Source: Auanema rhodensis
Lineage: Eukaryota; Animalia; Nematoda
Assembly: GCA_964057225.1 (NCBI GenBank)
Contig: OZ059895.1
Coordinates: 6,510,001 to 6,574,000 of the forward strand
Direction of reading: 5' to 3'
Length of the DNA stretch: 64,000 bases
The position numbers and the translations under genes are program-made. This document shows positions 11,401 through 24,672 of this stretch, in pieces (the stretch's first letter is position 1; every line of letters starts with the position of its first letter). The notes under the pieces are model-generated. The model did no database searches. It had not been told where the DNA came from and worked only from the letters and a program-made list of their open reading frames with translations.

Positions 11401-14400
11401 CAGTGGTGCTGGACCGGATACCGCTCAAATTCAATACACAATACTCTATCTCTCTTCCTCAATGAGCAACAAGAACGATGAGACGACGATATGGACGGCA
11501 GTTTAACAAGATGAACTGTTCCTTACATATGTCTACTCATGTCATTCACGGAAGCTTCTTGACTCTAAAGAGAAAATAGACATGGCTTCACTCTCCCCTC
11601 GGTTCTTTCCTATCGCACTTCCCGTTGTTGATTTTGCTCTGATCCTCTATAATTTGCAAAGGCCAACTGAACTTGACATAGAGAATTTCAAGTTGAGCTA
11701 GTTGGACGATTTCATTCAGAAAAAAAAAGAATGAAAGTTGTTGTTCAGAATCTAGTAAACACATATAGCACACTATGGAGCCTAGCGCAATTTCAACCAC
11801 GTATTGGTAGTACAAGCGAAAATGGTAAAAACTAGTTGTGATCAGCTCAATCTTCATAACGGTAGCATGCAAACATACAATGATAGCGCGTGATGACAGC
11901 GGCGACGGTGATCATTATGATGATTACGTTGGTGACATACAAGGCGGAACGTCCACTGAACAACATCAGTTAGTGTCGTTGTCATTGAACCCCGCGGTCA
12001 TCTCTCCGCTCTATTTTTATAGAAACATCATCAGATTTAGAAAGAATAGGAACTGAGACTATAAACCAAAGTTATGAAAATCACAGATCTGGATAACAGA
12101 GAGTTTTTGAAGGATAGCAAGAAATTGAAGTGTGCGAGGAGCCAGATAGTCGGCTATTCAAGAGCCATAACATGAGGGAGCAAAACTATCCATATATGGC
12201 TATGCGTTCATCCCTCTCCAACTGCTGCACTAATGAAATGTTCGCTCTACAGCGGTATCATTATTGATTAGAGAAAATCCTGATTCACTATGTGCGATGC
12301 TTTGTTGCTACGAACATCACTTCCATCCGTATCTAGAAGACAATACGAGAGAGAATTTGAACTATCATCGGTCGAAATGACAAATGCGGTCACCGACATT
12401 TACACAACGTACTCAACAAAGTTTTTCATAAGTAGAAAGCTATTTAACAACCATATATGGTCTAGGACACGCAAAAACCTGTGAATATACTCCCCTCTTT
12501 CCCTCCGTATACCGTCACTTCGTTAGTAAAGAAAGAGACGCTCGCACATCATCAACACTGGCAACAGCCCAAGAGAGTCGAAAAGGAGAAGGAGTAGAAA
12601 GAAAAGAAAAAGAATGAAAGAGGGAATGCAACCGTTCTGTGAAGAAGAGAAACAGTCGGACCAGGACACGCATTCACCCACCAACACATACACACACCGG
12701 GAAAACCGGTCCTAAGACTTTTCTCTCCCTCTCTATATATAGAGGCTGGTGACTATTGCCAATATTCAAAACTTAACATAAACACAGTGGTCTGCTAATG
12801 ACTATGAAGATGTAAACGAACAAAATAATGAAGATTGTAAATCCAAAAAAAACATCACTGACCAACTTGTGCTGAAGAGCCTGCCGGAGGCATAAATTCT
12901 AGACCAGCCGAAGAAGGATAGACAGAAATATGAAACTGAGGTAAAAATCGATTGACTTGTCGCCCTTAAAAAATACAATTAGATATCATAGATGAACTAA
13001 GGCAACAAAACCTATAAGGATAGGTACAAGCCCTCCTAAATGCTCCATACAGAGCACGTAGCTATGACTTCCTTTAGACATTGGTCGAATAGTGCAATAA
13101 GAACGAGCATCACTAACTGAACATACGAAATGGCAAAGTTCTTCGTTTCGCGGAATTCGACACTGAAAATAGTAAAATTAGATTATTGAAACTGTAAACA
13201 ACGTGTGCTTTATAGAAGCAAATACTAAAGTTTTACCAAAAAGATTTATAAAAAGATAAGAAAACAAAGTAAGGAAACGCTCATTAGGCTGAACATCGGA
13301 ACTGCTCCTTGTCATCAAAATGTTTTCAAACAATATGCAAAAAGAAGAAAACATCATGTTCCAAAGAATAGAAAGAATTATGTGCTATTCATAAACAAAA
13401 TAGAGGGCCAAAAACTAAATTTTAAGAAAAAAAACTGACTCACCCTAATGATATGATGATCCAAAGACTTTAGAGCTCGCTGCTCCTTAAAAGGCACAGG
13501 AAGAGAATCAGCTTTTCGACCACTAGAGCCCATATAACGCCAAACGTCGTAAGTCACCAGGTTGAATAGGGATGGTACACCTCCATAAACCCTTCCTACT
13601 CCCAAATGTCCTCCAGCGGCTATAATAATGGCTCGGCCACCATAAGCCCAGGTTAAAGCTGTTAAGGCTCCTCCACGGATTCCGATGTGTTCACGATGAA
13701 CACAACAAGCTAATCTGTCCAGCATGATGAGCTCCCTACGAGAATTTATGAGAGCTAACATGGTACCTTCATGATTCCATTGCATGTGATGAACGGTGCA
13801 TCCAACATCATACTCATCGGGATCAATTTGTTCGAAATTTCTCATAAGATATATAATATTACTGGCACTGAGCATAGCTAGAGTCCATCGAGAATTGTGA
13901 TTAGTTGCTCCACAGGCCATCTTCATGATTGGATCACGGGCAATTTGACGTTCAGTAATATTAGCTCCTTGATCAGTAAGAATACTTACACTTCCAGAAG
14001 CAAATCCGAGAATAAGATGACGTGAATCTGGAACCCATGCTCCTGATAGCACAGGATTCTCCGCTGGGTATGAATTGCTCCATACGCGTTGTCCAGTACT
14101 TGAGCCGATAAGGACAAAATTGTCTTCGTATACAATGAGAGCAGAACTGCCACAAGGACTCCAGCACAAATCACGCACCTTAACACCTCGGTCGTTCACG
14201 AGCTCCACAGACCAACGATCGTCGTTACGGACCCAAACGTAGATAACACCGGCAGCGTCACAGGAGGCTAGCTTGAATTCGGCTCGATTCCATGCAACCA
14301 GACTAATTGCGGAATGGTGGCCACGTAGATTAAAATTATAGCGAGCGTTATCATCCTCTATGGGATGAAAGTCAGTGCACGTGATGCCGACGCAACCTGT

Positions 14401-14517
14401 ATCGCATCCGACGCCAAGCACACCTTGGTCATCAGTTAAGGGAATCCAAGCCAGGTGGGTAATGTTAGATTCAATGTGTGAGCCTGGCCAATTGGAGCAC
14501 TCCCATGCAATCTTCAT
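8471..14517 (-). CDS. tub-2: Tubby-related protein 4 orthologue (WD40 + SOCS-box-like region + C-terminal tubby fragment)
   Basis: NFNLRGHHSAISLVAWN...WSVELVNDRG at the N-terminus, VYKTSVLHLQPRQMTI internally, and DFGGRVTQESAKNFQ...QFGRIEGGAYTLDF...AFSIALASITQRLK* at the C-terminus all match TULP4. The first exon is about 1.08 kb. One internal junction near 9950-10200 is unresolved. Confidence 0.92.
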
Positions 14518-15088
14518 GACGTTGTCGAGAACAGAATCATTAGGCTACTAGGATGAAGAATACATTCGTCGTTACACAGGCACAAGCCTAACTGATCCAA
14601 GAGGTGGGGCTGGGAACAACCACAGCAGGATTGAGACGCAGAAGAACGTACAGACGCTAGAGAAAAAGGGCGCTTGTTTTCAGTGTGCTGCTATAACACA
14701 ACCCACAAGTCGTGGCGGGACTATGAAGAAAATGGGCAAACTGCCAACACTATCCAGCTCGAACTCGTCATCAAGCTCATGACGAATCCAGATGCTTTTA
14801 TCTTTTAGGGTAAAATGTGATGAACAACTAATTCATATGATTTATTCGATATACACAATTAATAATTAAGAAAGAACCGATTTTGCATAGTAATATACAA
14901 ATTGAAGAATCCTATTCCACATCTATATCAACAACGTTTTAAATTGATTTCGCAATATATGAAAATTATCTTTTACTTATTTATATTATTTGGATTTTAT
15001 CTTCTTCATTTTATTTTTAATGTCACTTTTTGTTTCATAATAATTTGAAATATATTTAATATTCCAGACTTTGGTACTTCACCTAAGC

Positions 15089-16765
15089 ATGACAACTCCC
15101 AATCCTTTTGCTGATCCCTTTGCGGTAAGTTATGTTCAAAGTTTTTGAATTTAATTTCTTACAAGTTTATAAACGTTCTGATTCTATATTCATTTAAGGA
15201 TCCCTCTGTTCAACAAGCTACGGCTTCACGACCCATTGATGGTACTGAAGACTTTAATCCTTTTGCTAATAAGCCTGCCCAGCCAACTGTGACCCAACAG
15301 GTTAGCTAATATAAAAACTTACAATTTTAATGTTTTTGTTTGATCACAAACTTTATGCATCCCTAGTTATCATTTCTGCTGCTATATCACGAATAAACTT
15401 TGAAAAGTTTATAAACGGTTTTTGCGTTATATGCATTTGTTTGTTTATAATTGTCATATGCACCTGGAAAAAGAGCAATAATGATTCACTAATTTATTTT
15501 TTTAATTTTGTTTTTCCTGTTTTTCAATTTCAATGAGGCGAGTAAGGTTGTGCTTGAGTATTCTTTCTCTTCGTCTTAGTATTGATTAATCGAAAATAGG
15601 GCTTCCTTACTTGTTTCATATTACTAAATATTTTCAGTTTTTTTATAATTAAAGATTTAGCCTGCTTCTGCTAGTTCTGGTATTGGAGCTCGCGGGATGG
15701 ATGATGAGCTTTTCCGCAAGCAAGAAGAATTGGAAAAGAAAGCCCAAGAATTACGTAAGAGAGAAGAAGAACTAGAGAGGCGCCAGCAACAAGGAGCGCA
15801 GCCAGGTTTGATATTATTGCATACTTAGTATATCTTTTTGTCATTATATTAGCTGGTCAAAGAAGTGCTGCACAGACCCACAACTGGCCACCTCTTCCCA
15901 CATTTATTCCTATTGAACCCTGTTTCTATCAGGTATGCAGTATCCAAAGTCATCTAACATCAGATTTTCTTTTTTTAGGATATTGAAGTGGAAATTCCAG
16001 TCCAATTCCAAAAAACCGTGACTCTTGTCTATTACGTCTTTTTAACCTATATTCTGGCTCTTGTATTCAACGCTATTGCATCCTTGTTCTACTTTGTTTC
16101 AGCAGGAGGTATAGTTTTGTTTGTTGAGCAGGTTAATTTCAATTTTTTTGAAGGATCACTTGGTGTTCTTTTCTTGGCTATTATACAATTGGCTCTTTTT
16201 TCACCTTGCTCCTTTCTCTTCTGGTTCCGTCCAGTGTACAAGGCCTTCCGGAATGACTCTTCCTTTAACTTCATGGTTTGTTAATATTAAGTAGCTAATT
16301 ATTATCAACTCTATTCAGGTCTTCTTCTTTGTTCTATTTTTCCATTCCATCTATACTTTCTTCCAAGCTATGGGAATCAACAATTATGGATGTGGCTGGG
16401 TAAATGCTATAGAAACAATGCGCAGTATGATTTCTTTTATTTATATTGAGTTTATTGCTTTGATTAAGGTTCACACTGGTTTGTCGGCATTCTTATGCTC
16501 ATTTCAGCCATTTGCTTGACAGCTGCATTCGGGGGAATGGTTTTTGCCCTATTTAAAGTTCATCGTTTGTACAGGTTTGCTGTTTATTTTTTAGAAAAAT
16601 CGATCAATTGATAATTTCAGAGGGTCCGGTTTCTCCCTGGATAAAGCTCGCCAAGAATTCACTGATGGTGTCATGAGCGACAGAACTGTTCGCCAAGCAG
16701 CCAATGCAGCCGGCTCAGCTGCTGCCAGTGCAGCTTTCCAGCAAGCCACAGCCGGTCGCTTTTAA
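15089..16765 (+). CDS. scm-1: Secretory carrier membrane protein (SCAMP)
   Basis: N-terminal NPF repeats (PNPFADPFADPS, DFNPF), a coiled coil, NWPPLP...PCFYQDI, FWFRPVYKAFRNDSSFNF, four TM segments and YRGSGFSLDKARQEF. Confidence 0.95.
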
Positions 16766-17021
16766 ATTATGAAAGGTTGAAGAAATACTATGAGATCCAC
16801 TCTATATAGTTTTAATTATTGCTAACTTTTTCCAATTTTCAAAATGTGATTTTATTGCTTAGTCTCTCTTCATTCCTGTGTACACTATTTGTTGTCTTTT
16901 CGCTCCTTATGCCAGAAATGCAACATATGACTAGGCGATTTAATGTTTTCCCTTTTCTTGAGCAGGCCTTTTGATAAATCTTAACTTTTAGATTTTCATA
17001 TTAAATATATTATGTTTGTAA

Positions 17022-17057
17022 TTAGAATGTCTGTACTTTAGAATGTCTGTACTTTAG
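17022..17057. repeat. Tandem duplication of the 16-mer TTAGAATGTCTGTACT downstream of scm-1
   Basis: Two exact copies plus a partial third (TTAG). Confidence 0.85.
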
Positions 17058-17265
17058 CTATCCGTGTTTAACAAGTAGTCTCACATGGGTTCCCTGTTGT
17101 GCTATGCAAAGCTTTTTTTAATTTATTGAAATATCTTGTTTGTCCTTGATATTCTTTATTTATTTTTTACCTATAGCCACAAGAAACTATAGATTTTTTT
17201 CAATCAGATTTGTCGTAGTTTTTAATATTTTACATAAATATATTTCCAAGATACATCATCATCAT

Positions 17266-19218
17266 TCATAGATACTTGTATTCGATTCCCGCACATGGGA
17301 AAGAATTGAAGAGGACATTCAGATGACTCAGATTTGTGTCAGATGCGGAATCAACTAACGACACAACGCAGCCACCCCAACCCGCACCTGTAAGTCTTGC
17401 ACCAAGAGCGCCACTTTCTAAACAAGACTGAACAAGCTTATCGAGAGCCTCACAACTACATTCGTAATCCTTAATCGAAATGATGAGAAAGAAATAATAG
17501 CATTATAATACCTTTTTGCAACTTTCATGACTTTGTGTCATTAACTTTCCCATTTCCAATATGTCGTTATTTTTACAGGCATCTGCAAACATGGATACTC
17601 GCAGTGCTTCTGAGTACACATGACGTGCACGAGAGCGTATTTTAAAGATTGTCACTGAAAGCATCGTTTCTTTGATATTTTAAAGTTATGCGATAAAACG
17701 CTAGAATTTTGCGAGAAAGAGGCTAAAGTTTAAAACTCAAAACACTTGTCATGAATAGAAGCAACCGATCTGTTTTGTGATTGGCAAAACATGCGGATGT
17801 TTGCTTGTTGATAGTAGCGTTTTGCTTCTTAAAAAAACACTTGCATATTTTAAAAACTGATATATGTGTAAGTTTAGACTTACAATGCTCCGTATTGGGG
17901 GCTATACAACTTGACACCTCATCCGCTCCAAGTAGATTATTAAGCTCTTCTCGGCTAGCTTCTTCAGGCAACTCCTTTTCAACAAGTGAAATCATAGAAG
18001 TTAAATCATATCCCAATATCCCCTGAACTTCTCTCAACTTCGCAATTCGATTTGTAGGTTGTGATTTATTTTGCAGCTTCAATAAAAGCTATAAATAACA
18101 AAGTAAGAATAATGAACATAAACACTATTTGTACCTTGGCAGCTACACGACATTCTGTTACTCGTTGATTATATTGGGATGTGGCAGCCTAAATCATACT
18201 GATGTATAAATATATTTAAAAAAATAATTTATGTATGATACTTTTTGAGAAGTACTAATAGATTTCAAATCATAGACTCACCTTGTTCAAGGTAGCGCCA
18301 GAGTGCAAAACAACGAACTTAGCTCGCGGTGGTAGAGAAACTGGTTCAGCCTTTAGAGGATTAAAATCAATTTTTAGAGCTTTTCCATTGATAGACAAGA
18401 TCTATATCAAAACAAATGATAAAAAAATTGTTTACAAAAAGCACCTCGGCTGCTTGGTCCATTCCTCCACCTTGGGTTCCAATTAGGTGCTCAGCTTCTG
18501 CACATATCTTGGCGAACTGTTCTCTGACATATTTCGAAATTGCTACATTATGAAGTAATATTTACCTTCCTATTTTTTCCAACCCTTCATTAGTGTGCAA
18601 CAGCAGTGTTGCTAACGCTACCGAACAAACTACGGATGAACTACTTGATAATCCAGAAGAAGGAGGAATGTTTCCTGTAAGATGTAAACACATACTAAAT
18701 CTCCAAAACCTTTTATTACCACCAATCATTATATTGTAACCTTTAGGTTCAAAGTTAAATATGGTGGTGATACTTTTCCAGCCACATAAAGCATAATCAT
18801 ACCATTTAGGATTTGTTACATTTGTCCATGATGTAGGCAAATCAACCTCGTAGCTTCTATAAAATGAAAATATTGCAATAAAATGAGAAAAGAGTGGGTA
18901 ACTAATTTGACATATTTGCTTAAATGTATATGTTGAAAAAAATAAAATTACGGGTATAAACTGTCTAAGTTGTGAATGCGTATTTTTTCTGAATTATTAG
19001 GTGAAATGAGCAGTTCAGTGGAATTGCTAATAGCCATGGGAAATACGGAATAATCACTGTAATCAATATGCTCGCCTAAATTTCAACCTAGAGCAATACA
19101 ATGAAGAAGATATATGCTTACCAATCAAATTCACACGACCTGGACAACGAACATAATATGCAGGATTACATTGAAAAACTTCAGTAAAACGCTTTTTTAA
19201 GTTCTCATACAATGCCAT
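17266..19218 (-). CDS. Galactokinase / N-acetylgalactosamine kinase (GALK2-like, GHMP family)
   Basis: [60 protein letters not shown] and [12 protein letters not shown]. Confidence 0.93.
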
Positions 19219-20444
19219 TGTTACAGTTGTCTGAAAATACGAGGAACAAAATACAACGTATTATTTTCTATATTAAGTGTTCACAGAAAACATATTAATG
19301 GAAGAAAACATGAGATTAACAGTTATCTCAACTTGGCCAACTTTGAATGATGCTTTGTGACAACATCATCCACGTGTCTCTTCACGTAAATACCTTTCAT
19401 ATCTCTCCTAATATCATGCAGACACACACACACACCTTATAAAATGCCAATGTAATAGTAAAACTTGACATTTCTATGATTGACGTATGATTAAAAACAA
19501 ATTTTTCGTTTGTTTATTGACGTGAACTAATCGTAGCTGTCACTCTTTGAAAGAAATAATATTAAGAAATTACGCGTTGTCTTAAGAGAATAATCAGTTA
19601 ATGAGGACATTAACTATACACATCATTGTTATCTGCATATCCAAAATAGTTTATTATTTCTGATAAGAGTGCGTTGAAAAGGATCAAGAGATAGAAAAAG
19701 AATAATATATTACTATAATCGTTAATAAACAATTCCTGTGATAATATTATGATGGCTTATCAAGCATACAAAATTTCCTGACCAGTAACTCATGTATTGA
19801 TGTTTAGTTTGAACACAACAACTGGTTTCAGCTCACACTGACAAAACTTACCCTTGTTTCCAAAAAAAGAACTTACAATATTATGAAATCTTTAATATAA
19901 ATTGCTAAAAAAAGTCTGTTTAGTTTAGTTTTCCTATATTAACTTCATACGTGGCACTGCATTAGAGCGCGAAAAACAAACGGCTGAATGACCCTGATCA
20001 AACCATTTCTTTCTTTATTTTTCCCAAAATTTACTCAGATATGTTAGCTTACACTTAAGAATATAGGTTTTATTATATATTTTATAGTTTGAAACTTGGT
20101 AGGAATATGTACTAGTGTTCCTGTTTCTGTTCTGTGTTTAACGTTGAATTAACATTAACATGGAGATGATCTTATTGAAACTCTCCGCACGATAAATGAA
20201 CAAAGACAATCGTCTGAGGGTATCAGATTAGTGACAACACATTTGCCAAATAATCTTAAATTTTTTTTCTTCTATTAACAAATTTAGTTTGTTCTCAAAC
20301 ACATACAGATTTTGAGATAAAATTGAGAAAATATAAAGTAAATGAGATCAAAATATTTGAGTTGGAAGTTTTGAAAAAGATGGACAAATATGGTTCGGAG
20401 TTGGATTCTAGCTAGATGCCAAAAATGAGATCACATGGAAAACT

Positions 20445-22919
20445 TCAGAAGTTGGCGAGGGGCACGTAGTAGACATCGTCAAAAACTCGAGACTGTTGAC
20501 CGTCCCTTTTTCCGAATTGAAGCGGCCTGAATTCACGTTTTCCAAATTGCAAGGGACGATATCCTTCTCGTTTACCGAACTGAAAAAAACATTTTTATTA
20601 TAATTAAAAATGTTGTGAAAATCTTATAGGGTATTCAAGGGATTGCGAAACACATCTACACCTTCTCTAACCCTTTTTCCTGAAATACTTAATTCCTCCG
20701 AAGATTAGAGTTTTTTATGTCGAAAATTGAAAAATGGAGAGAATTTCTTCCTTCCTGTGTTGGTTTGCAATTTTTTAAAGTTTGTTACGTATTTTATTTT
20801 ATTGTTTCCTACTGCATTTTCAATCTAAATTTTACTTTCTTTATTCAGTAACAAATTTTAATATTCCTCCTTGTTCTAAACTTATTTTTGAAGGATAATA
20901 TTAGTGAAGTATGAAAAGTATTTTGAATACATACTAGTACTTGTATGTTTATTATCCAAAAAGAGTGAAATATTTATTTTCATACATCTATTAGGCTCTA
21001 TTTGATTGTTAGGTTTGGATCATATGGGTGTTAGTAATTGTGTTAGTGTTGTAAGAAGTAATGATACTAAACGATGAAGTGAATGGAAATGAGTTAGTTG
21101 CCTGAAATGGGCAATAAGGAGGTAGTAAGGGGGGGGGGGGTGGGTACCAGCTGTTCTCACTCACCAACTTTATCTCTTCATATACAAAAAGTGAATACTC
21201 TTTCTACACCATAAAATCATTCAAGCACAGAAGGTTTCAAACGAAAAACTAACAATGAATTCTCTAGTACATAGAATATAAACGAAAGTTATCGTTTTTC
21301 AAGAGGATCTAATAGATCTAAGCTAGAATGCATATACAAGAAAATGAATTACATGTATAGTGGTAACTGAACAGCTAACCAAATTTAGAATAAAAAACTT
21401 CTAATTTGAAATAACAGCTGTTAAAAGTTTTTTTAATGACTCTATAACAGTTTGCTTTTGTTAAATAGCGTTGTTGTAACCTGATTTCAAATTTCTGGAG
21501 AACTTTTACAAGTATTTGTAATGTTAATAACAAACGAACTAAAACTTAGAACTTCATCTCAGAAAAATTAGGAAAACAAAATCGTTAGTTCTATTGGTCC
21601 TATTAAGTTGATGTTTTTTTGCTCTTTTCTTAGGTTGTGGGTGTAGTGTTCTTTAAAAAAGATTTCCCAGGTTACGCTGGAGAAGAATAAACGTCTCCAA
21701 AATAAAAGTGCATTATTCTTACAAAATGCAACTTTGATTAAAGTATAAGTGTGAATGACGCGTAATGTTATATGATGTTGGGATCTTACTAGAACCCTGA
21801 ATGACTTCAGATGTTTAATAAAAATTTTAAATGCAGAAAATTTTAAATTCCTCTCATATAAACCAAAAATTTCTTCATTTAATGGAAGAATTTTTTAAGC
21901 ACATTGAACAGCAGATTTATAGATTGCTTCTCGTTTTGCTTGTAACATCATTTCACTAAATATGTAATGATGATGAGAAGATGATGAACATCATCATTTT
22001 GGGGGTGAAAGACTCCCCATTCATTTCTCTCTCTAATATTGAGATGGCATTTTTGTTTCTAAAATAGCTGCAAAAGGCAATTGGAGCGGTTCCAAAGAGA
22101 GGAAAAGCCATGTGGTTTCTATAAATAGTATGCTCTTACTTTTGAACTAACTGTACTTATTTGCTTGCATCCTTTGTTATGAATATACTATAGGAGAAAC
22201 TATATTAAAAACAATAAGCATGTACGGAGGTTGAAACAACTATATAATCATGTAATGCAGGACTTCGTTAACTCATTTAGTCCGTTAAAGTTGTAAATGG
22301 TGTTACGGGCACCTCGATAATGATGATGAGCATAACAAAACAATAGTTGTGAGGATGTCTACGTTGAAGCAGTATTAGAAGATAGAATTCATTTCTGTTA
22401 CCAAAAAATAATTTACTTTTATTAGGATAATGGGTTATTCATGAGAACTTTGTTATGGATTTGTGGAATATCAAATCTTAAGGACACAACTTCTCATTTC
22501 GTATCGCTTTTTCTCATGTGCCATCTTCGATAGTAGAAGCAAAATAAAACGGAAAAAATTTAAATTTTGCTATGCTTTATGAATGAATTCAAAACTAAAT
22601 TCGCACAGGAAGAATTCAGCGGGAAAATAGGAACACGGGAATAAACATAATGTTATTGAATAAACTGACCATCTAAACTAAAGATAAGGATTTGTTCAAG
22701 TTATAGTGTATTGAGTTTCATCAACTACTGACTAATACCCAATCAGTAGTTTACAATCAAGATGGTAGTTCTTTGTAGAATACATCATAGTATGGAAGTT
22801 TAACTGACCTGTAGTGGCCGGTAGTCGCGATCCTGTCGATCAAACGTGTTTGATGCACTAGTGGCCATACTTACAGCCAAGAGACAGAAAACCAAAACGC
22901 ACAAAATTCTGGAGAGCAT
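20445..22919 (-). CDS. nlp-12: Sulfakinin/CCK-type neuropeptide precursor NLP-12; 2 exons (22919-22809 and 20579-20445)
   Basis: Splicing gives MLSRILCVLVFCLLAVSMATSASNTFDRQDRDYRPLQ|FGKREGYRPLQFGKREFRPLQFGKRDGQQSRVFDDVYYVPLANF*: a signal peptide plus three RPLQF-GKR repeats. Not in the ORF track. Confidence 0.97.
21129..21144 (+). repeat. G12-T-G3 tract with G-quadruplex potential in the nlp-12 intron
   Basis: GGGGGGGGGGGGTGGG read directly. Confidence 0.75.
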
Positions 22920-24437
22920 TCTTCGCGAACAGAGGATGATCAAGTACTGATCAGTTGATTGCCAAAACTGCAGGCAGTAGCCACACGCCGGAATGTGTAG
23001 AAAAAGCTAAGCTAGATAGAACTCAGCCTTTTATAGTGTCCCTGCTCACAGGCAACCAACCAGAGAGCTCAGTACTTCGACACGCCCCTGCTCTCCGCCC
23101 TGTCGTTTTCAGCTTCATCTACTAGCTTGGAAGACGACAATGTTGCTGATGATGGGTATGACAAGGCAATCACATCACTTGAGAACTCAAAAAAAAACTT
23201 GTGTGCAGGCAGTTTGATTTGTCTTAACGGAATCAACGTTTAGTGCACAAGCTCGTTAAAACTCATGTGGGAGGTGGATAACATTCGAGTGAGTGACAGA
23301 TTGGCATCACATTTTCCTTAACGCTCAGAAAACCAGAAAGCCACCAATCATATTAGAGAAGTTATACATCGGCAAATTAAAAACCATATTATAACTATCA
23401 AATTTTTAGTTCAAGAATAACTAATAATTTTCATACTAAAGGGTTAGTAATCTTTCGATCAAGTTAAATCTGAAATATATAACATACTAATTTTATTCTG
23501 GATTAGCTCTATTCTAGATCGAATATTGTACAATTCGATGTTTTTATCATGTATTTTGAAAAAGCTATTTGTATATGTTATTCTTTATATTTTTGACTGT
23601 TATAAAAGGTCGAATTAATAATAATAAGTATCTACAACGAAACAAAGCAACTTATTTCATGAAACTGACAAACGTTTTATGTGCTCTGCTTCACCTCAGT
23701 CTAATTAATCACTTCCAATACAGAATCTCCGTTTCCAAGACAAATGTGTAATTTTACTGGATGTAATCATAAACCGAATTTAATGAACACTAGGGTTATG
23801 CACTCTACTACCAGATTGTTTTCTCATCTACGACCAGGAAAAGAAAATGATACATAAGGGTCCAACTTGCAGTAGCTAATTGAAACCGATAAAAGTAACG
23901 TATCTGGGTCGTATTTTCACCAATATTTACGTCATTTAAAGGTGATATGAGGAAGAGATACTCGTCACTTTCACAAGCAATTGACTATAAAATTAGCTAT
24001 TGAATTGTCTTTCGTACTAAAGTGAAAACTAGAAAACTTGGTATTGTAGATCATGAACAGATAGAATTCTGGGGAAAGCTGAACGAAAAACACTACCAAG
24101 CAATAACATTATCTGTTCATCAGAATGATCCTGAATTTTTTTTGCACATCATAAAATTAAATATAATCAATTTCAGTAAATTGATCATTGATTATAGCAA
24201 TATATTAGCTTAGGAGCTTAACATGTCTATATAGCTAAGTTCCAATAAAAAAAAATTAAAGTTCTGTTGCTTCACTTCAGGGTATCAGAAATTTGATTTC
24301 ATAAAGACCCCGTTACTTATATTTTATTATGAAATCAACATCGAAGTTATGTTCATTCTCTTTCGAGTTAAAGAGAAACCATAAAACGCTTTTTTTTAAC
24401 ATTTGGTCGCAGTTTTACGGTAAGTGTTATTTATCAG

Positions 24438-24449
24438 TTTTCGCGCGAA
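24438..24449. promoter_or_regulatory. Palindromic E2F-like site upstream of chaf-2
   Basis: TTTTCGCGCGAA lies about 225 nt upstream of the ATG of an S-phase histone chaperone, in otherwise AT-rich DNA. Confidence 0.5.
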
Positions 24450-24672
24450 TATAGTGATTTCAACAATATTAAAATTCTGCTCAATTAAAAAATTTTCTTA
24501 TAAATTTCAATTTTTTTTGGTGATAATTTTTAATGTTGCACTAATTCACATATTTCTATTTTTATTTAAAAAAAAAAAGAAGGATTTCTGAATAAGCACA
24601 TGCAAAGAAATAATTGTACTTTTACGAAACTTGTCTGAACAAGCTGCTATAAAACAGAAATATTTTAGAAAT

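Noticed and set aside
15301-15660. Long scm-1 intron as host of a snoRNA or microexon
   Set aside because: I found no box motifs or in-phase exon with credible splice sites.
17656-17882. Hairpin (AGAAGCAA..TTGCTTCT) in a long galactokinase intron as a snoRNA
   Set aside because: No H box, second hairpin or C/D boxes at suitable positions.
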